Source: Gemmatimonadota bacterium (GTDB taxonomy: Bacteria; Gemmatimonadota; Gemmatimonadetes; Longimicrobiales; Gaopeijiaceae). Taken from it: a stretch of DNA of 29,630 nt. Shown piece by piece: positions 26,353 to 29,630 of the stretch. Every line of letters begins with the position of its first letter. Position 1 is the first letter of the stretch. The notes below the pieces were generated by a model. The model made no database searches. It was not told the origin of the DNA and worked only from the letters and a program-made list of their open reading frames with translations. Location: assembly GCA_007127575.1 (NCBI GenBank), contig SKZC01000103.1, positions 1 to 29,630 of the forward strand, given 5' to 3'. Made by a program: the position numbers and the translations under genes.

Positions 26353-26382
26353 AACATACTCCAGCCTCGCGTGGAGAGTCAA
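26353..26382 (-). promoter_or_regulatory. Candidate sigma70 promoter for suyA-suyB-comC
   Basis: Minus strand TTGACT-N18-TATGTT, about 105 nt upstream of the suyA ATG. Confidence 0.5.
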
Positions 26383-26629
26383 GCAGCCCGGCAGGCCTAA
26401 GCTTTTCCGGAGCCAAGTGCTTGGAATCAATACCTTTCACCGGCGTAGCCCTGGGCACACGACGGAACCCGTCGCCCTGGACGAACCCTTTTCCCCCCCA
26501 TCAAACTCGGTCCGACGGCTCGGACGTCCTTTCGCGGACTACCGTTGGGATACGACCACGCCCCTTTCCCCAGGTACGAGAGCCCTTTAGAGAACCCTAC
26601 CGACTCACCGGGTCAACCGAGGACACGCC

Positions 26630-28111
26630 ATGAAAGCACCGACTGTGGGTGCCGAGCCGCCTTCTCAAGCGGCAGACACCCCAACCCCTCCCAAGGGAGG
26701 CAGCACCCGGATCCGGGACACGTTCATCGGTCCCGGCCTCTTCCTCGCGATGCTACTTCTCCCCATGGAGATCCCCTTCCCGGTTCGCTGCGGGATCGGA
26801 CTGCTCCTCTGGATGACCTGGTGGTGGATCACCCGTCCCGTGCATCTGGCGGTGACCGGGTTCCTTCCCCTGGTCGTCGCGGCCCTCCTGGACTTCGTAC
26901 CCGTGGGAGAGATCCTCCCGTCCTACGCCGCGCCGCTCATCATCCTCCTCCTCGCCGCAAACGTCATGACGACCCTGTGGGAGCGGTGGGGTCTGGATCG
27001 CCGCGTGGCCCTCGTTTCCCTACTCGGTGTGGGAACGAACACCACACGGCAGATCGTGGTCTGGTTCATCATGGCCATGGTCCTCAGCGCCGTGCTTCCC
27101 AACACGATCGTAGCCGCCACCATGATCCCAATCGTGGTGGCCATGCTCCGGTTCATCGGGATCGAAGACCTATGGAACAGCCGCGTGGGAACCGCCCTGG
27201 TTCTGGCCGTAGCGTGGGGAACCAGCGCCGGTGGGGTCACCACCCCCCTCGGGGGGGCCCCGAACCTGATTACGGTTCAGGCCGTCGAAGAATTGACGGG
27301 CGAAGAGTTCCTCTTCGCCACCTGGGTGGTCCGATTTCTTCCGCTGGCGCTCACAGCCATGATCGCCATGCTCATATTCGTCCGTTTCGCCTTCAAGCCC
27401 GAGATCGCTGAAGTACCCGGGTCTCGAGAGTACTTCCGGAAGGAGCTCGGGGCCCTGGGGCGGATGACCACGCCTGAGAAGTGGGGTCTAGCACTCTTTT
27501 CCGGAGCGACCTTCCTGGCGTTCGCTCGCCCCCTTTACGCCTCCGTTTTTCCATCCTTCTCGCCCCCGTACGCCTTTCTCACCTTCGCCGTCCTCTGCTT
27601 TTTGGTTCGCCATCGCGGCGAGCCCATCCTGACCTGGGAGTACGCCCAGGCCAAGATGATGTGGGGGCTCTTCTACCTTTTCGCGGGAGGAACGGCTCTG
27701 GGAAGGGTCCTCACGGAATCCGGCACCGCCACCTTCCTGGCCGATCTCCTGGTTCCGTACGCACGGGAGGGCGGGATCGTGGCCGTGGTCATCTTCGGGC
27801 TCCTCACCATGCTCATGACTCAGACCACGAGCAACACGGCAGCGGTGGCCGTAACGGTGCCCATCGCCATCAGCACGTTTCAGAGCCTGGGGCTGAACCC
27901 CATCCCCTTCGTGTTCATCGTCACCGCCATCGGTAACTGCGGCTTCGTGCTGCCGACTTCCTCCGGAGGAACGGCTGTGGCGGCGGGGTACGGAGTCAAC
28001 CTCAAGACGATGTTGGTAAAGGGATCCCTGGCATCGCTGATGATCCTGGTACTCCTCACTCTAGTGGGCTACCTACTCGCCATGTTCTGGCCCGCCTTCG
28101 GGACCACCTGA
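26630..28111 (+). CDS. SLC13/DASS-family (divalent anion:Na+ symporter) permease, 493 aa
   Basis: Multiple TM helices; WERWGLDRRVAL, AWGTSAGGVTTPLGGAPNL, W..FYLFAGG.ALG, TQTTSNTAA, CGFVLP follow the DASS scaffold. GAGG upstream of the ATG. Confidence 0.88.
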   Translation: MKAPTVGAEPPSQAADTPTPPKGGSTRIRDTFIGPGLFLAMLLLPMEIPFPVRCGIGLLLWMTWWWITRPVHLAVTGFLPLVVAALLDFVPVGEILPSYAAPLIILLLAANVMTTLWERWGLDRRVALVSLLGVGTNTTRQIVVWFIMAMVLSAVLPNTIVAATMIPIVVAMLRFIGIEDLWNSRVGTALVLAVAWGTSAGGVTTPLGGAPNLITVQAVEELTGEEFLFATWVVRFLPLALTAMIAMLIFVRFAFKPEIAEVPGSREYFRKELGALGRMTTPEKWGLALFSGATFLAFARPLYASVFPSFSPPYAFLTFAVLCFLVRHRGEPILTWEYAQAKMMWGLFYLFAGGTALGRVLTESGTATFLADLLVPYAREGGIVAVVIFGLLTMLMTQTTSNTAAVAVTVPIAISTFQSLGLNPIPFVFIVTAIGNCGFVLPTSSGGTAVAAGYGVNLKTMLVKGSLASLMILVLLTLVGYLLAMFWPAFGTT

Positions 28112-28156
28112 GCGTTGGGGGGGGTGAGCACTGATCCGCCGAGACCGGAGCAGCGC

Positions 28157-29089
28157 TCACCCCCCGAGTCCGATGCGCCCACCGCCGGGGCCATCCAGAG
28201 TTCGCTCCCCTCCCAGGTGGTAGCTGGATGCATCCCCCTCGGGTCGATTCCGAGACCGGAGGAGGTGCCCGAACCCCCGGTTGGCCCCGAATCGGTACCC
28301 GAGACCGATCTGCATCCGGGTCACACCCTGGCCCGAATCCACGTCCAGGCCGGTCAGGACGTCCACCCCTCCGACCTGCAGCCTCAGGAGGCCGCGATGC
28401 CGCTGGCCGGCCCCGTCTACGATGGTCCCCTCGTACGAGGCACTGCCCCACCCATCGGGAAGCTGGGCCGTGCCCCCGAGGACCAGCCGCTGGGGCCGCT
28501 CCTCGGAGAGGATCATGGGGGAGGCGATATCTCTCCACGCCACGCCTACCGACACCCCCTCCGACGGTTGCCAGAACCCGGCTACATCCCACCGGGACTC
28601 CTGGACCCCACGCCGATACTGGTCGTTGGAGATCCCCAGGTAGACATCCCGAAACCCGGCGCTCACGGAAATGGTGAAACCGCTTCCCATGAGGTGGTCC
28701 TCATCCGGGGCGGGCCGGAATCGCTCCCGACGGAACCCCACCCCCAACCCTCCGGTGCGGACCCCCAGGACCGCTTGGGAGAACTCCACCTCCACCTCTC
28801 CTGGATTGGGGGCGAAAGAGACGAGTCCCAACAGGGCGTCATCGGACACGGCAGAGAGGGTCGCAGGATTGGACCAGAGCGCTGCGACCCCATGGGGGTC
28901 ACCCACCAGCGAGAGGTCCAGGGGAGTCGGATCCAACATCTGGCCCTCAACACGGCCCCAGCCCCCATGGCCGTCATCGGGCCAAGCGGGGAGGATCAAG
29001 ATGAGGACCATCGCCGGGAACGCCACCGAGACGGAGCGCGTCCACAGGCGAGATTCGGATGGACGCCGACGGCGAAAGATGGAGGACAT
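28157..29089 (-). CDS. Hypothetical secreted protein, probable outer-membrane beta-barrel with FadL/PorV-like NPA motif, 310 aa
   Basis: N-terminal basic plus hydrophobic signal-like segment, ALWSNPATL, then many alternating beta-strand-like segments (LGVGFRR, FTISVSAGF, VSVGVAWRD, MQIGLGYRF). ATG 29089 has GGAGG about 10 nt upstream. Confidence 0.55.
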   Translation of the reverse strand: MSSIFRRRRPSESRLWTRSVSVAFPAMVLILILPAWPDDGHGGWGRVEGQMLDPTPLDLSLVGDPHGVAALWSNPATLSAVSDDALLGLVSFAPNPGEVEVEFSQAVLGVRTGGLGVGFRRERFRPAPDEDHLMGSGFTISVSAGFRDVYLGISNDQYRRGVQESRWDVAGFWQPSEGVSVGVAWRDIASPMILSEERPQRLVLGGTAQLPDGWGSASYEGTIVDGAGQRHRGLLRLQVGGVDVLTGLDVDSGQGVTRMQIGLGYRFGANRGFGHLLRSRNRPEGDASSYHLGGERTLDGPGGGRIGLGG

Positions 29090-29240
29090 GAACTTGGTAC
29101 CTCCCGGAAGGAACGGATGGGGTTCCAGGGCGTGTATGAGGCCCAGGTCCCCGAAATGGGAACCGGCTACGCCGGTGCTCGCCCGCGGTGAGCGACCCCA
29201 GTCCCCCAATAACGCTCCCACCCGGTTCTGTTCCCACCCC

Positions 29241-29630
29241 ATGATCTTCTTCAAAGCTCAGCAGATGCAGCAACTCGCCCGGCTCCTCATGCGCCTGGAA
29301 ACCCTTCTGGAGCGAGTGGGTGGGGACGCTTCCCACGAGTTGGAGGAGTCTCTGGAGGATGCGGCGGAGCGCACCGGGGTGCACCTGGAGATCCTTCGGC
29401 TGGCGGGGCCAGAGACCATCGAGGAGGTACTGGCCCCGGGGGGCGGAGGGGATCCGGGAAAGGTTTGGGGGGCAGCGGAGGTCCTCTTCCTGGACGGACT
29501 TCTGGCCCACGCCCAGGGACGAGCCGTGGAGGCACGGGACCGACTGGAGAAGGCCCACCGCCTCTACCTCCTCCTGGAACCGGACCTGGAGCTGCCGGAT
29601 GAGGCCGTGCCGCCGGCCCAGCGGATCCGC
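29241..29630 (+). CDS. Hypothetical helical protein, truncated at window end (not in the ORF track)
   Basis: Open frame from ATG 29241 to the end: MIFFKAQQMQQLARLLMRLETLLERVGGDASHELEESLEDAAERTGVHLEILRLAGPETIEEVL...AAEVLFLDGLLA...ARDRLEKAHRLYLLL... Codon usage looks like the real genes; divergent from the preceding gene. Confidence 0.7.
   Translation, partial: MIFFKAQQMQQLARLLMRLETLLERVGGDASHELEESLEDAAERTGVHLEILRLAGPETIEEVLAPGGGGDPGKVWGAAEVLFLDGLLAHAQGRAVEARDRLEKAHRLYLLLEPDLELPDEAVPPAQRIR

Noticed and set aside
25923-26458. ORF-track N-terminal extensions of suyB (to 26129) and suyA (to 26458)
   Set aside because: The suyB extension overlaps suyA and ignores a clear SD at ATG 25922; the suyA extension runs through the predicted promoter.
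1-29630. tRNA, rRNA, CRISPR array, transposase, integrase or defence system
   Set aside because: No cloverleaf, regularly spaced direct repeats or mobile-element protein motifs seen in any intergenic gap or ORF.

Overview
A GC-rich (roughly two-thirds GC by eye), gene-dense bacterial chromosomal segment; the gene style (SusC/SusD-type pair, lipoprotein families) suggests Gemmatimonadota, but that is inference. I see about 19 CDS and no rRNA, tRNA, CRISPR array or transposase. In order: a short hairpin-rich repeat-like element cut by the left edge; divergent glgE and glgP; a hotdog thioesterase divergent from kynA-kynU (no kynB); a TPR lipoprotein; a translationally coupled operon for a DMSO-reductase-family Mo enzyme (fused 4x[4Fe-4S]/NrfD-type anchor, catalytic subunit without Tat signal, TorD-like chaperone); an M14 metallopeptidase, SusD/SusC-like pair, small lipoprotein and NHL-repeat lipoprotein resembling peptidyl-alpha-hydroxyglycine lyase (PAL); a suyA-suyB-comC-like sulfolactate desulfonation operon divergent from a DASS/SLC13 transporter with non-canonical motifs; an NPA-motif beta-barrel-like protein; and an ORF running off the right edge. 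The most interesting signals are (1) the sulfonate module plus an apparently cytoplasm-facing Mo-enzyme that could oxidise the released sulfite, and (2) a CAZyme-free SusCD locus flanked by a carboxypeptidase and a PAL-like protein with an apparently intact active site. Family assignments come from motif recognition, not database searches.
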